Program-made: the position numbers and the translations under genes
Shown here: positions 62,581-64,000 of the stretch, piece after piece
Position numbering within the stretch: the first letter of the stretch is position 1
How the letters are laid out: each line of letters opens with the position of its first letter
The notes under the pieces: model-generated
The model's database searches: none
What the model saw: only the letters and a program-made list of their open reading frames with translations
Told to the model about the DNA's origin: nothing
Assembly: GCF_016432865.1 (NCBI RefSeq)
Contig: NC_067403.1
Coordinates: 245,458,001 to 245,522,000 of the forward strand
Length of the DNA stretch: 64,000 nucleotides
Origin: Antechinus flavipes
Lineage: Eukaryota
Direction: 5' to 3'

Positions 62581-64000
62581 TACTGTACCCTAGGGAAACT
62601 AATAATTTACTTTGGATTAAAGAAAGCTATACTTAATAGTTATCATTAAGGGGAAGAATCTTGACTCTATTACATTTTGTCTAGGAAGTGGCCATGAGAT
62701 TATTTCTTTCTATGGGTACAACTAATATGATAGAATGGGACACAATTAAATGTTTAAAACTTCTTAATCAGACTGGAATTAGCCTCAACTTGTGAAAGGT
62801 CAGAGTCAAACAGAGGATGCCAGAGGCAAAAGGGCTATGGATATCATGGATCAAACAGAAATTTAATTATAGAATGAGGAAAATGCTTACAAGAGGAATG
62901 TCCCATCCTGAGAAGGAGGGCTTATCAGGCTGGTTCAAAGCCAGGGTTTATATACATTAAAAATCACAAGCAGGCTTGACCACAACATAGTCTTTTTAGG
63001 TCTTGAGTAGCAGTTCCCATAACAGACTCAAGAGTATACAACACAAGCATTCCTGGATCCTGTTGGAATATATCAAGAGATGTGATGAATGGCTGTAGAC
63101 TGATTAAATTCACTAATGAACACCTAGTGATGGCCAAAGCTTTACATTTGCCAGAGAATGAGATCCTCCAGAGGCCAAAGGATTGTTATTATGCCAAGCT
63201 CAAAACATAGCCTATTGTTTGGGCCTTAACTCAGGAAACACAGTGGCTCCAAATATTTTGCCAACATTAAGCAGGAAAGTGAAAGTTGAAAATAAATATG
63301 ACACACGATATTAGAAGAATATGTATTTGGCAACAATGTACAAAACATTGAATAATTCATAAGAAAAAATAGTCGTGAGGTTTGTGCAAAGCAGATGAAT
63401 ATTAGTTATGAATTGGAGGAATTAGTTATCAATTGTTGAACTGATCTTCCTCCCTCAAATGTTATTTATCCTGCCTGGAGTATATATTAGCAGAAGAATG
63501 TTTTTTAAGTATGATATGGATGTTAGGGGTTCTGAGAAATGGGACTCTGAGAGTCTATTCCTAATATCCTGAAGTCCAAAGGCTTGGATTTCTTGGATAC
63601 TTAGGTGAGCTAGGTAGATTTGGGCAAAGATTTAGAACATCCTGTAGATGATGACATAAAATGGTTCAAGGGAATTTGTGATAATTGTTCTCCCAATTTC
63701 TACCTAGCACCAGCTTGGTAGGGTAATTGATTCCTGTTTATCTCAGGAATATAGAAAATAGAATATAAAAAAATATATAGAAAAGTGGCCTGCTAAGAGA
63801 CAAAGAAAGAGATCACATACAAAGATAAGAAAGGGGAGATAGTTACTTTCTGTTAGAGATTGGGAGAGAATGACCACTTTCACTTTTCCAAGCATAAATC
63901 ACAATGAATATATGATAACAGTATTAGTCTTCCATAGAGTGATAGAATTTCTCATCTAGGAAGACCCTTGGAGTGACACTGAGGAATAATATTAGAAGCT

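Overview
AT-rich, CpG-poor mammalian DNA, almost certainly marsupial (tRNA/CORE-SINEs of WSINE1/Mar1 type, marsupial-type L1/HAL1, L2, hAT relics). The window is part of an olfactory receptor (OR) cluster built from a tandemly amplified 11-18 kb unit. It holds five intact single-coding-exon class II ORs of the OR8J subfamily on the + strand (2520, 20451, 32473, 43349, 55477). Each is followed tail-to-tail by a decayed minus-strand OR5T-like pseudogene that the ORF track shows only as short fragments. Genes 2-5 each have a conserved candidate promoter (homeodomain and O/E motifs) and a non-coding first-exon donor 5-10 kb upstream, and a further promoter at 61.5 kb predicts a sixth gene beyond the window. 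The most unusual structure is at the 5' ends. The two gene types use opposite ATGs of a pair 16 nt apart because of a 1-nt indel. Genes 3-5 also carry, about 390 bp upstream, a stub of another OR's 5' end that has lost its start codon and gained a GTGAG donor, so it may act as a 41-42 nt cassette exon carrying a uORF. Other notable items are a TM5 substitution hotspot between genes 4 and 5 and a betaretrovirus-like LTR+PBS mini-element with a 6-bp TSD. All family assignments are from recalled sequence knowledge, not database searches, and repeat boundaries are approximate unless a TSD is quoted.
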